From the human T2T-CHM13v2.0 reference genome, Homo sapiens, in the NCBI RefSeq assembly GCF_009914755.1, contig NC_060945.1: a DNA stretch of 64,000 nt, one strand, 5' to 3'. The notes below the pieces were generated by a model, which saw only the letters and a program-made list of their open reading frames with translations, had not been told where the DNA came from and did not search any database. Of the stretch, positions 13,172 through 26,053 are shown piece by piece. Each line of letters begins with the position of its first letter. Within the stretch, counting starts at the first letter, position 1. Made by a program: the position numbers and the translations under genes.

Positions 13172-15900
13172 TCAGCCCTGCAAAGTATGGTCATCTAGTT
13201 GGCATTGTAATTGTGACTTCAAAAGGCCGTTCCACCATTCTGTCAATCCAGCTGCTTCAGGATAATGGGCAACATGGTAAGACCAGTGAATTTCATGAGC
13301 ATTTGCCCACTGTCGCAAGTGAGTGCCTTGGTCAGAGGCAATGCTGTGTGGAATACCACAACGGTGGATAAGGCATTCTGTGAGTCCATGGATGGTAGTT
13401 TTGGCAGAAGCACTGGGTGCGGGATAAGCAAACCTATATCTGGAATAAGTGTCTATTCCAGTGAGGACAAACCTCTGCTCTTTCCATGAGGGAAGAGATC
13501 CAATATAATCAACCTGCCACCAGGTAGCTTGTTGATCACCCCGAGAAATATTGCCATATTGAGGGCTCAGTGTTGATCTCTGCTGCTGGTAAACTGGGCA
13601 CTCAGCAGTGGCCATAGCCAGGTCAGCTTGGGGCAGTGGAAGTCCGTGTTGCTGAGCTCATGCATAACCTCCTTTGCTGCCACCATGGCCACTTTGTTCA
13701 TGGGCCCATGGGGCAATGACAGGTGTGGCTGTGGAAAGAGACTGAGTAGTGTCCACAGAAAAGGTCATCCTATCCAATTGATCATTAAAATTCTCTTCTG
13801 CTGAGATCACACGTTGGTGAGCACTCACTTTGGATACAAATATCTTCACAGTTTTTGGCCACTCTGAGAGGTATATACACATACCTCTTCCCCAAATTCC
13901 CTTGTCATCAATTTTCCAATTATGCTTCTTCCAAGTGCCTGACCATCCAGCCAAACCATTAGCTACAGCCTATGAATCAGTATACAATGGCACTACTGGC
14001 TATTTCTCTTTCCATGCAAAGTGCACAACCAGGTATACTCTTCAAAGTTCTGCCCACTGGGAAGATTTGCCTTCACCACTGTCCTTCAGGGATAGGGGCT
14101 ATAGAGCTGCAGCTGTCCACTTTCAGGTGGTGCCTGCATATCGTGCATAACCATCTGTGAACCAAGCCCTAGTCTTCTCTTCCTCTGTCAACTGATCATA
14201 GGGAACTCCCCATGAGGCCATCAGTGCAGGCTAAGGGAAAGAAGGCAAGGTGGCAGGAGTGGAGACCATGGGCATTTGAGCTACTTTCTCAGGTAATTTA
14301 CTTGTGTCTTCAGGACCTGCTTAAGCCAGATCACATATACACCACTTTAATTTGATGACTGGATGCTGAATGCTGCTGTGCATGGTCCCCTTGATGGGAT
14401 GATGGCTCAGAAAGCACCCAGTTCATAATAAGCAATTCAGGTCACATGGTTGACTTGATGAGCCATAGTCAAAAGTTCAGTTTCCACCAAAGCCCAGTAA
14501 CAGGCCAAGAGCTGTCTCTCAAAAGGAGAGTAGTTATCTGCAGAAGATGGCAGGGCCTTGCTAGAAAATCCTAGAGGCCCCTGCTGTGATTGACCTATGG
14601 GGGCCTGCCAAAGGCTCCAAACAGCATTCCTATCTGCCACTGGCACCTCAAGCACCTTTGTATCTGCTGGGCCATATGGCCCAAGTGGCAGAGCAGCTTG
14701 CATAGCAGCCTGGACCTGTTGCAGAGCCTTCTTGTGTTCTGGTTCCCACTCAAAACTGGAAACCTTTTGGGTCAGTCAGTAAATGGGCAAGAATAACACA
14801 ACCAAATGAGGAATGTGTTGCCTCCAAAATCCAAATAGGCACAAAACCACTAAGCGTTGTGCCTTTTTCTTGCTTGTAGAAAGGGCCAAGTGCAGCAACT
14901 TATCCTTTACCATAGAAGGAATGTCTCAATATGTCCAACACCACTAGACAACTAGACCCCTAGAAATTTTACTGAGGTAGAAGGTCCCTGAATTTTAGTC
15001 AGATTTATTTCCCATCCTCTGGTATGCAAATGTCTTACCAATAAGTCCAGGATGTTTGCTACTTCTTGCTCACTGGGTCCAATCAGCATAATGTCATTAA
15101 TGTAACAAACCAGTGTGATATGTTTGTGGAAGTGAAAAGTGATCAAAGTCTCTTTGAATAAGATTATGATCCAAAGTCAGAGAGTTCATATACCCCTGAG
15201 GTAGAACAGTAAAGGTATATTTCCTGTAAAGGTATATTTACATTGCCAGCTGAAGGCAAATTGCTTCCAATGGACAAGAATGGAGAAAAAGGCATTTGCC
15301 AAGTTAATGGCTGCATGCAAGATACCAGCAGACGTGTTAATTTGCTCAAGTAATAAAACCACATCTGGTAGAGCTGCTGCAATTGGAGTCACCATTTGGT
15401 TAAGCTTACAATAATCCACTGTCATTCTCCTAGATCCATCTGTCTTCCCCACAGGCCAAATAGGACAGTTGAACAGGGATGTAGTGGGAATCACCACTCC
15501 TGCATCTTTCAAGTCCTTAAGGGTGTCACTAATCTCTGTAATCTTTCCACGGATGCAATATTGTTTTTGATTTATGATTTTTCTAGGTAGAGGCAGGTCT
15601 AATGGCTTCCATTTGGCCCTTCTCACCATAATAGCCCTCACCCTGCCAGTCAGAAAGCCAATGCGGGGGTTCTGCCAGCTGTGAAGTATGTCTATGCCAA
15701 TTATGCATTCTGGCACTGAAGAAATGACCACAGGATGACTCTGGGAAACTCCTGGAGTTGTGTAAGTAGGGCCTGAGCTAAAACTGTATCAATTACTGCC
15801 TCCATAAGTCCCTACTTTAACTGGAGGACCACAGTGACATTTTGGGCCCCGTGGAATCAACGTCAGCTTAGAGTCAATGTCTAGTAGTCCCTGAAACGTC
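13172..15900 (-). pseudogene. HERV-L protease/RT/RNase H/integrase remnant (frameshifted, with stops)
   Basis: PIWPV.KTDGS.RMTVDY.KLN (RT N-terminus), YIND in place of YIDD, YSPFERQLLACYWAL, WQVDYIG...GIDTYS...SDQGTH (integrase). Confidence 0.9.
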
Positions 15901-15999
15901 TAATCATTTCCCTTTCATCAATGCACAGTTAACCTGGTAACAGGTCAGAAGTCTCCTTGGGGAAGAATGGGAGAAAGAATAACAGCATAAATTGTCAGT

Positions 16000-17600
16000 A
16001 GTATAGTGGGGTTCTTGATCAAAGGGACCTGGCCTCCCCTTTATTCAAGGGGTTCTGGTTCTGGCTTCAATCTGGAAATTCATTGAGGGGCCATGGTTCT
16101 CTGTTTTTATCATTCAAGTTAGTCTTTTGTCCATTTGACCTGGGCGTTTTCTGCCTATATAAATTAAGCAGGAATTCAGCTGGCTTCCTATCAATTTCAT
16201 TTCTAGGAACATCATGATTAGCCAATACCAGAGTTCTACACGAGTTTGCACTATTTAATTGCTGCGTTGCCTCTGCTGTCCATTATAATAGCTATGCCCA
16301 CCTTGCCTGCGATGGTTTAGTGCTGCCACTTGGCCCCTGCCACCTCAGGATCCAATTATTCCCATTGTATTTCAATTTTGTAGTTGGGTGACTGCAGCTC
16401 CCACTGTTAGATCTGTTATACAGAGAAGAGCAATTACAGCACTCTTCAAAGATGCAGGTGCTGCCTCACAAGTCTATTTCACAAAACATTGGTCAAGGGT
16501 ATATCTTCTGGACCCACCCAGCTCGGATAAGTAGGTGTAAAGTGACTAATCTCCTCCATCATCCCAATCTTTCTAAGCCTTTTGATTCTTTCCTCTACAT
16601 TAACCCAAGGGAGGAAATTAGGCATTTCCAGCTCGCTCACAGTAGGCTATCTTTTAATCCATATTTCAGCCAACCAAGCAAATAAACTATCAGAACCTTT
16701 TTTTAACTCCCCAAGCTGTAACATTAAATGCAGAGTCCCTACCTAGTGGGCTTAAATCGATACATTCAGCCTGATCCAACTGTATGTTCCTTCCACTATT
16801 ATCCCATACCCTTAATATCCATTCCCATTCCTGTTCACCATATTTTTGCTTATATAAATAGAAAGCTCAAGCAGTTCTTTTGAGTGTAGTGCACCTCCTC
16901 ATAGGTCACACTCTCAATCTCCCCTTAGGGGTCCACTGGGACTTTAGTCTAGTTATAGGCCTAGAAGCAAACAGGGGTGTTGGGGGTGGCTCCTGAGGAG
17001 AATCAACATTATCTTGCCTGACGACTGCCTCAGGGGAGGTCATCACTGTTGCCTCAGGCAGCGCAGGGTTTATCTCCTCAGACAAAGGTGGAAAGGCTGA
17101 TGGCAGCATGGACTGGGGAGGGGATGTTGCCACTATTGGACATGGAGAAGCTGTTTCTTCTGGCAAAAAGGGTTCATCAGAGTTGACAAGCTCAGTGTGC
17201 CCACCTTCATCAGAGTCCTCCCACACATTCCCCTTCCAAGTTGCAGGGTCTTATTCTTTTCCAATTAATGCCCTCACTTTAACAGTAGACACCTGGTGAG
17301 GCTGCGCATGCACTTTCATCACAGTTCTGCCACTCGCATGATAAGAGCTTGTATCTGTTTTTCCACAATTTCAGCTCTGTCTCTACAGGAGATAAGACTC
17401 CCACTCAGGGTAATCTTAGCAGATTTGATACTTAGTATCTGCTTCTGAACCTGGGAGTTAGAATCCCTGAGTTCATCATTTTCTTTCATCCTTTTGTCAA
17501 GTGAACTTAGGAGCACCCAACCGACTTCATTTTGTTCCTTCATTCTCCATATATAGTCAAAGGTATTACGTATAGAGTCACTAAACTCCTTGACTGTCAT
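16000..17600 (-). pseudogene. HERV-L gag remnant (disrupted)
   Basis: ORF pieces 17319-17600 and 16906-17226 (PPPTPLFASRPITRLKSQ) resemble ERV-L gag; boundaries approximate. Confidence 0.75.
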
Positions 17601-18888
17601 GAGCAGTGAATCAGGAGTGTCAAATGGGTTTATTTTTCATAACTATCTAAACAGTTCATGCCAAGGACTATCAGTGTTCTCCATACTATTAGAGTAGAGT
17701 CCTTAGCATTTTGGGGTCTAATCATATTAAACAGCCATTCTAGAAATGCTAAAAACAACAGAAGAACTCCATTATTAATATTCTGTTCCTCTAGAACCAC
17801 TCCTGATACCAAACTCTGTGTTAGTCAAGGTTCTCTAGAGAGACAGAACTAATAGGATCTATATATAGAAAGGGAGGGAGTTTATTATGTTGCAGTAACT
17901 CACATGATCACAAGGTCCCACAATAGGCCATCTACAAGCTGAGGAGAAAGGAAGCCAGTCCAAGTCCCAAAGCTGAAGAACTTGGAGTTCGATGTTCCAG
18001 GGCAGGAAGCATCCAGCACAGGGGAAAGATGTACGCTAGGAGGCTAAGCCAGTCTAGGCTTTTTACGTTTTTCTGCCTGCTTCATATCCTGGCCACACTG
18101 GCAGTTGATCAGACTGTGTCCACCCAGATTAAGGGTGGGCTTGCCTTTCCCAGCCCACTGACTCAAATGTTAATCTCCTTTGGCAAGACCCTTACAGACC
18201 CACCCAAGATCAATACTTTGCATCCTTCAATCCAATCAAGTTGACACTTAATATTAACCGTTACACTGTAGCTTCTTTGTTTTGGCCAGTATCTTCCACT
18301 TAGAATGTGTATATTTACCCAATGACTATACTCCATTGTATCTGGGAGGTAACTAACTTGCTTTTGATTTTACAGGTTCATAGGCAGAAGGGACTGCCTT
18401 TTCTCAGATGAGACTTTGTACTTGGACTTTTGAGTTAATGCTGGAATGAGTTAAAACTTTGTGGGACTGTTGGAAGGGAATAATTGTGTTTTGAAATGTG
18501 AGGACATTAGAATTGAGAGGGCCATGGGTGAAATTATATGGTTTGGCTCTGTGTCTCTAACCAAATCTCTCTCACCTTGAATTGTAATAATCCCATGTGT
18601 CAAGGGCAGAACCAAGTAGAGGTAATTGTAGCATGGAGGCAGTTCCCTCATGTTGTTCTCATGATAATGAGTGAGTCTCATGGGATCTGATGGTCTTATA
18701 ATAATTTGACATTTCCCCTGCTTGCACTCATTCTGTTTCCCGCAACCCTGTGAAGAGGTGCCTTTTGCCATGTTTGTAAATTTCCTGAGGACTTTCCAGC
18801 CATGTGGAACTGTGAGTCAATTAAACCTCTTTTCTTTATAAATTACCTAGCCTCAGGTATTTCTCTACAGCAGCCTAAGAACAAACTA

Positions 18889-18890
<2 letters not shown>

Positions 18891-18921
<31 letters not shown>

Positions 18922-19040
18922 GATCTGGCTAGAGCTATATATATATATATTATATATATTATATATATAATATATATTATATATAATATATATAATATAT
19001 ATTATATATATAATATATATTATGATTTATATATATATAT
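18891..19040. repeat. (TATC)n followed by a degenerate (TA)n low-complexity tract
   Basis: Read directly; lies within the older MLT2 LTR. Confidence 0.9.
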
Positions 19041-21293
19041 GATTTATTATGAGGTATAGGCTTATGGAATTATAAAGTCTGAGAAATCCCATCTGTGCAA
19101 GATGGAGACACTGGACAGTCAGTGGTGTAGTTCAAAAGCCTGAAAGCCAGAGAGCCAATGGTATAGATTTCTGTCTGAGTTTGAAAGCTTGAGAAACAGA
19201 AGGACCAAGGGCAAGAAAAGATTGATGTCTCAGTTCAAGTAGGCAGAAAGAGAATGAATCCTCTCTCTTTCATCTTTTTTTTTCTTTATTCAATTATCAA
19301 GGGACTAAATGTTACCCACCCACAATGGGGAAGCCAACTCAGTTTATTCAGTCTACTGATTAAAATGCCAATCTCTTCTATAAACACTCTCATGGACACA
19401 CACAGAAATAACGTTTAATCAGCTATCTGGGCATCCTGTGATCCAGTCAAGTTAACAAAATTAACTTTCACAAATACACTAATTGTCAATGTGGCACTTA
19501 TATTCATCTCCTTACATATTTAAATACTATGATATAAAGCCAATATATCTTATGTTACATGATAAGAGAATAGGAGAAAGAAGAAAACAATGGTATTATA
19601 TACACAATATATACACAATCAAAAATGCATTTATAACAAAATGGGGAGATCATATTTATGACAATCAAAATTATCATTGCTGTAACTGGTCATGTAGTCA
19701 TAGCTAGTATTTATAACCACTTTATTCAACTAACCATTCTGTATTCCCTTTGTCTTCAGGAAGCACCTCAGCTGGTAGTGGTTTTTTGTCTTTTGTGGTT
19801 ACCCAATTTTTTATTCCTGAAGGGCTGTGATCACTAACAACCTTGTCCTCATTGGGCTGTTGTTTCCTATTAACCTTAATCACAGGGCATGGTAATATTA
19901 AGGAAAACTATAAGGGATCACCCACACTCTAGATGTATTTTACCTTACCTACATTATGAACTAGCAGTCCAATTTCCCCTTGGTAGTCAGGATCACCCCA
20001 GATAGTACTTTAACTCCCTTATTTGCCTATTGATTGAGAAGCATGAGGAGTTCAAAGTGCCCAGGTGAGTCTTAGCTTCCATTTAAATGGAATCATTATT
20101 GTGTCTCCTAATGGAAGGACTCTTCCCTTTGCAACTAAGACCTCCAGCCCAGCACAGCACAGGGTTTGGGAAAAGAAAATAAATATTTTGCTAGTGAGTT
20201 GTTAGTGGTAGTAGTGAGGGTTTTCACTCCCATTTCTACTCCTTAATTCCTAGACCCATGAATGCTGGCTGTAGGAGAAACAGGATCATATATCATATGC
20301 TGATACAGAACATACACAGCCTTCTGGAAACCCTTTCCCCATTCTATCTCAACAAATGTTCTTGCTTTAACAAGAACATGCTGAAAGACTTGGAGTTTAA
20401 TTTCCGTTACAATTCAGCCATTCACAGGATGAGATTCTGCATTTCACTTTCTGCAATCTCAACTCTGTGGACACCAAAAATAAGAGTTATCTTCAGATGA
20501 CAATAAGTCCTCAGGTCACTTATGCTTGTGGGACTTTAAATCCTAAGCTCATCCTTTTCTTTCACCACTTTGTCCAGTGACATTAGGAGCAAACGGCCAA
20601 CCTTGTTATATTTGTTAGTTTTCCAAAACTGTTCAAAAGCATCATCTACACAGTAATTCAGTTCCTTGCTTTTTATAAGTGGTATCCAAGGCAGATGTTT
20701 TGTATATCTCTATTACCAGATTATGTCATGGATGTTAGTGCTCTTTACTACTGGAAATAGAGTCATCCAAACCTTTACATATAATCAGATTAGACAATTT
20801 ATTCCAAAATCTACAGCATCAATTTGGGAAAGTTATTTATAAAATTCTGTTTCTGTAAAACCACTCCCAGTACCAATATATGTCTTAGTCAGGGTTATCC
20901 AGAGAAATAAAATCAATAAAATCTGTCCTCTGAAACCTGGAGACCCAGCTGGTGTAGTCTGAAGGCCTGAAAGTCAAAGATTCAATGGTGTAATTTTAGT
21001 CCCAGTTTGTAGGCCTGGCATTTCAAAGAAAGGAGAGGAATAGATATTCCAGCTCAATCAATCAGGCAGAGAAAGAGTGAATTCTCCTGTGCTTCACCGT
21101 TTTCTTCTATTCAGACGCTCACTGAATTAGTTGATATCACACATAGAGAAGGGCAATCAAGTTTACTATGTCTATTGATAAAAATGCTAATTTCTCCCAT
21201 AAATACCATGACAGAGACACTGAGAAATGTTGTCTAAACAGATGTCTGGATCCCATGATCCAGGAAAGTTAACACATAAAACAAAATATGACA

Positions 21294-24225
21294 ATCAATA
21301 ACTAATAACTTTTCAAATAAGAAACCACAATATTTGAATGGTTGCACTGCTGAAATACACCAATTGTTTAAGAAGAAATTGTACAAATTTTCCACAACCT
21401 CTGTCAGGAAGTAGAAAAAAACAAGAATATTTCCTAACATTTTTTATAAGACAGTGTTACTCTAATACTAAATATAGATAAAACCCTTACAGAAAAGAAA
21501 ACTAAAGATTATGAACACAGGTGAAAATTTTACATGAATACAGATTCAAAATTTTTCAATAAAATATTGACAAATCAAACAACAACATATAAAAATAATT
21601 CTACACCATGATGAAGAAGGAATTATTCCAGGGACGCAAGGCTGTTCTACATCCAGAAGTCAGTGTTATCTACCACATTAAAGACAAATGAAGAAAATTG
21701 AATAATTATATCAATAGATACAGAAAAAGCATTTGAAAATACATGACACCTATTCATAATAAAAAGTATTAACAAATTAGAAGTAGAGAGGATAGGAACT
21801 CCCTGTATTTGATGAAGACACCTACAAAAATCCTACAGGTGGAATCATATTTAATGTTGAGAGATTGGAAGCTTTTCTCCTAAGACTGGGAACAAGGCAA
21901 AGATAACTTCTCTCATCATTTCTACTCAACATCATACTAAAAGTCTTAACTAGTGCAATAAGACAAGAAAAGAAATAAAAAAGATAGAAAAGGAAGAATT
22001 AGAACTATCTGTGCTGAGTTTATATTATTATCTATATAACAAATCTCAAGGAATTTGCAAAAACAAGAAGTTTTTAAAATCTAATTTAAGTATAAGATCT
22101 CAGAAAACAAGGTCAATATACAAAAGTTAGTTACTTACTATGAAATTCATCCTTTGCAGTGAGCAATGAGAAACAATATTAGTTTCTAAAAATGCCATTT
22201 ACAATTGCACAGACATGAAAATAAATACTGATATAAATCAGACAAAAAATTTTAATAATCTCCATGTCTTTTACTACATGTGAAAAACTACACATTCTGA
22301 TGAAAGAAATTACAGAAGATCTAAATAAAGTGTGATAAGTTCAACATTACTTCACTAAATATTGTTAAGATGTTAATTCTCTCCTATTTGATGAATATAT
22401 TTTTAGAAAAATACTTTTTTTAGATATCAACAAACAGATATATAAAGTTTATATGAAAAGTCAAAAAACCTGAAATACTCAATGCAAACTGAAAAACCAT
22501 AAAGTTGGAGGATGCATACTACCCGATTTTAATACTTACTATAAAGGCACAGTGTCAAGACAGTGTGGTATTGACTAAAGAATTCACACATAGTTCAATG
22601 GAACTAGTGGGTCCAGAAATAGGCCTCATACAAATGTAATCAACTGATCTTTGATAAAGAAGCAAAATGCAATTCAATAGCAAAGGAATAGTCTTTGCAA
22701 TAAATGCAGTAAGTGGTGCTGCAACAATGGGATATCCTTCTGCACACACATAAAAAAATGAACCTGGACACATGAATCTCAGAGCGTCATAAAATATCAA
22801 CTTAAAATAGGACATAGATTTAAATGCAAAACTACAAATATAGGAGCAAATTTAGGTGACCTTGAATTTGGCCATAAGATTTCAGATACAACCACAAAAA
22901 GATTCTGTGAAAGCTTAGATGTTACTAAAATTAAAAACTTCAGCCCTGTGAAAGTCACTGTTAGGATAATTTTTAAAAAGTAATAGACTGGGGAAAAATT
23001 TGCAAGACATGCATCTGATAAAAGGCTTGTATCCAAAATATACAATAAACACTTAAGACTCAACAATAAGAAAACAATCACATTTGAAAGTTGGCAAAAG
23101 ATTTAAATATACACCTCATCAAAGAAGATACACAGATAGAAAATAAAGATGGTCAACATCATTTGTTACTAGAACATTGCAAATTAAAACAATTAGGAAC
23201 CACTACTTATTTATTAGAATTGCTAAAATCTAAAAATCTGATAATACTTAATACTGAGAAGAATGCAGAGTAACAGGAACTTTCATTCTTTTCTGGTGGA
23301 AATGAAAAACTGTACAGATTACTTGGAAGGCAACTTTTCAATTTCTTTCTTTCTTTCTTTCTTTTTTTTTTTCTGGGACAGAGTCTCACTCTGTCACCCA
23401 GTCTGGAGTGCAGTGGCACAATCTTGGCTCACTGCAAGCTCTGCCTCCCAGGTTCTTGCCATTCTCCTGCCTCAGCCTCCCAAGCTTTTCAATTTCTTAT
23501 CAAGCTAAACATATAATTCAGCAATCATGCTCCTAGATTTTTACTAAACTGATTTGTTAATTTTTGCCCACAAAAATTCTATTTATATTTTTATAGATGC
23601 TTTATTCATAATTACCCCAAACTGGTAGCAATCAAGACGTTCCCCAAGAGGTGAACAGATAGTCTGTGATACATCCATACGGTGAGATAATATTCAATGA
23701 TAAAAAGATATGAGCAATCAAACCATGAAAAAAATGAAAGAATCTTAAATGCAAATTTCTAAGTGAAATAAGCCAATCTGAAAAGGATACAGACTAATGA
23801 TTCTGATTATGTGATATTCCACAAGAAAGAAACCTATCAGGGGTTGCCAGATGTTTGTGGGGAGTAAAGGAGGATGGAAGAATAATTGATGCACAAATGA
23901 TTCTTCTGTCAATAAAACTATGCTGTATGATACTGTAATAGTGGATAGATACATGGCATTATATATTTGTCAAAACCAACAGAACTTTACAGAAGAAATA
24001 GTAAACCTTAATGTATGCAAATTTAAAAAGAAACATATAGTATGTCTGGAGATCCCTGACACCAACTAAGCAAAAAAAATCTAACTGTATTTCACATGTG
24101 TGACACAACCTCACTGAAGTCAGTAGAGGAAGAAAATGTGCTAACCTAAGTTACTTTATATATGATATAAATGAATTTTATTTGTCTCATGAACACTGTA
24201 CTTTAGTTGACAAAAATGTTTTTGT
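21294..24225 (+). mobile_element. Old L1 (L1MC-like) ORF2 plus 3' end, containing a 5'-truncated antisense Alu at 23348-23484
   Basis: Degenerate ORF2 motifs (GATACAGAAAAAGCATTTGA, GGAACAAGGCAAAGAT); Alu TSD CTTTTCAATTTCTT at 23334-23347 and 23485-23498. Confidence 0.85.
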
Positions 24226-24545
24226 TAAGAGGTAACTTAGGTTACAAGTGCTCTGCTGAATGAATTGATTAATGCCATTATCTTGAGAGTAGGTTAGCTA
24301 CCTAGGAAGTGAGTTCTTGATAAAAGGATTAGTTCAGCACTATTCCTATTTCTCTGTCACGTGCATACATGCTGTCTTGCTCTTCTGCCTTCCACCATGG
24401 GATAACACAGGAGGAAGGTCCTTGTTACATGTAGGTTCCTCAACCTTGGATTTCCCAGTCTCAAGAACTGTAAGAAATAAGTCTCTGTTCTTTATAAATC
24501 ACCCAGTCTAAGGTATGCTACATTAGCACAAAATGGACTAAGACG
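24225..24545 (+). mobile_element. MST/MLT1A-type MaLR LTR fragment, followed by (TCTA)n to ~24635
   Basis: AGAACTGTAAGAAATAA...ATAAATCACCCAGTC...AATGGACTAAGAC terminus. Confidence 0.7.
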
Positions 24546-25681
24546 CTATCTATCCATCTACCTATATGTCTATATATCTATCTAATCTATCTGGCTATCT
24601 ATCTATCTATCTATCTATCCATCTATCATCTATCTGTTCCCACCTAAGCAGGTGAAAGTAAGCTACCTCATAAAGCAGAAGATAATATACACATCAAAAC
24701 ACTCTCTTACCTAATAAAGACTGGTACATTAAAGGTAGTGGTATACTGCTTTTACATCTCAATGTTTATTTGCTCATTTGTTTTTCCCAACTGTGAACAA
24801 AATGTTATGCAAAAGCTATTATAATAGCAACTAGTATGCAGCTCCACCATCTTTAACTTAATTGGAGAGAGACATAAAGAAAAACCTTTGTTCTTAACAT
24901 TCTTGCAAGAAGAAACAATATGCAGAGAATGTTTTTTTCTCTCTCTCTCTTTCTCTGTGTTTATGTATACGTTCATTAATCTATACTTATATACATTAAA
25001 ATTCAGTTTTTTAAAATGAGTAGGAAAATGGGTGTTTCAGTCAACTAAATATTCTAATTAATTCAATATTTTATCCTGTGAGATGTTCAAAAGATCAAAT
25101 ATTTTTAAAAGTCATAATAATCCCATAAAATTACTGAGATAGTCCCTCTTTCTTCCTCATGTTTTGTCTAGGTCACTCCTACCAGACTGAACATGAATTT
25201 GATAATTTTTTTATCTTATTCACGCACAAGCTTAGATTTGATTCCTTATTTTATATTTATAAACTATTTTTGTCTTGCCTCTGACTTTTTTGTATCAGAT
25301 TGAATTTTATTCTACTGTTTTATTTAAGCCCTTTCTTGCAATTACCATCATCCTGAACCAATATAGAAATTTCAGTGTGTTTACTTCTTCCTTGAGCTCA
25401 CAATGAGATCTCCTGTTATAGGCTAATGGCTACAGGCATATTTTAGTGTCATAATTTTCACAGAACCCATATATAAATAATCCAAACTAACCCTAAAATT
25501 ATACCAAAAAATTAATGTGATTAGGATGATAATTCACAGTCACATAGTGTTTTGGAATCTTTGTGGTGAAAATAAATTGTTTGTTTAAAACTATTGACTT
25601 AGAAGTTGGACTCTATTATTGTGTAATGACTGAAACAAGAAGTAACATTTTTCAATATATCTTTATATAAGGAATATTCTC

Positions 25682-26053
25682 TGATATGGTTTGGCTGTGT
25701 CCCCATCCAATTCTCATCTTAAATTGTAACTCCCACAATTCCCACATGTCCTGGTAGGAACCGGGTGGGAGGTGATTGAATTATGGGGGTGGATCTTTCC
25801 TACGCTGTTCTCAAGACAGTGAATGAGTCTCATGATATTTGATAGTTTTAAAAATGTAAGTTTCTCTGCACAAGCTCTCTTTTTGCCTGCTGCCATCCAC
25901 GTAAGATGTGACTTGCACCTCCTTGTCTTCTGCCATGATTGTGAGGCTTCCCCAGCCATGTGGAACTGTGAGTTCTCCATTATACCTCTTTCCTTTGTAT
26001 ATTGCCCAGTCTTCAGTATGTCTTTATCAACAGCATGAGACTACACTAACACA
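25682..26053 (+). mobile_element. THE1B-like solo LTR
   Basis: TGATATGGTTTGGCTGTGTCCCC...ACTAACACA; TSD TTCTC at 25677-25681 and 26054-26058. Confidence 0.93.

Larger units (their letters stand above)
11761..18265 (-). mobile_element. Full-length HERV-L provirus with MLT2A LTRs (5' LTR 17817-18265, 3' LTR 11761-12183)
   Basis: Two homologous LTRs; TSD CTGTA at 11756-11760 and 18266-18270; tRNA-Leu PBS at 17797-17811; gag, pol and dUTPase remnants; no env seen. Confidence 0.95.
10066..18892 (+). mobile_element. Full THE1 (THE1C/D-like) MaLR element: LTR 10066-10422, internal region split by HERV-L, LTR 18534-~18892
   Basis: Two LTRs starting ATGGTTTGGCTCTGTGTC and ending AAACTAAT; PBS TGGTATCAGGAGTGGGG at 10429-10445; internal sequence resumes at 18266; inserted in a (CTAT)n tract. 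Confidence 0.92.
9996..21293 (-). mobile_element. Older internally deleted ERV-L provirus (MLT2-family LTRs: 9996-10065 plus ~18893-19472, split by THE1, and 20881-21293; internal 19473-20880)
   Basis: MLT2-type termini (T[T/G]T[A/C]TTAGTC...AAGTTAACA...CA); TSD ATCAA at 9991-9995 and 21294-21298; Leu-type PBS at 20861-20875 (TGGTACTGGGAGTGG on -); internal part resembles the HERV-L dUTPase/3' region and 5' leader. Confidence 0.8.

Noticed and set aside
12683-17600. Coding-competent or domesticated HERV-L genes
   Set aside because: Reading frames are fragmented, the RT motif reads YIND, and the integrase zinc finger is damaged (CPVY).
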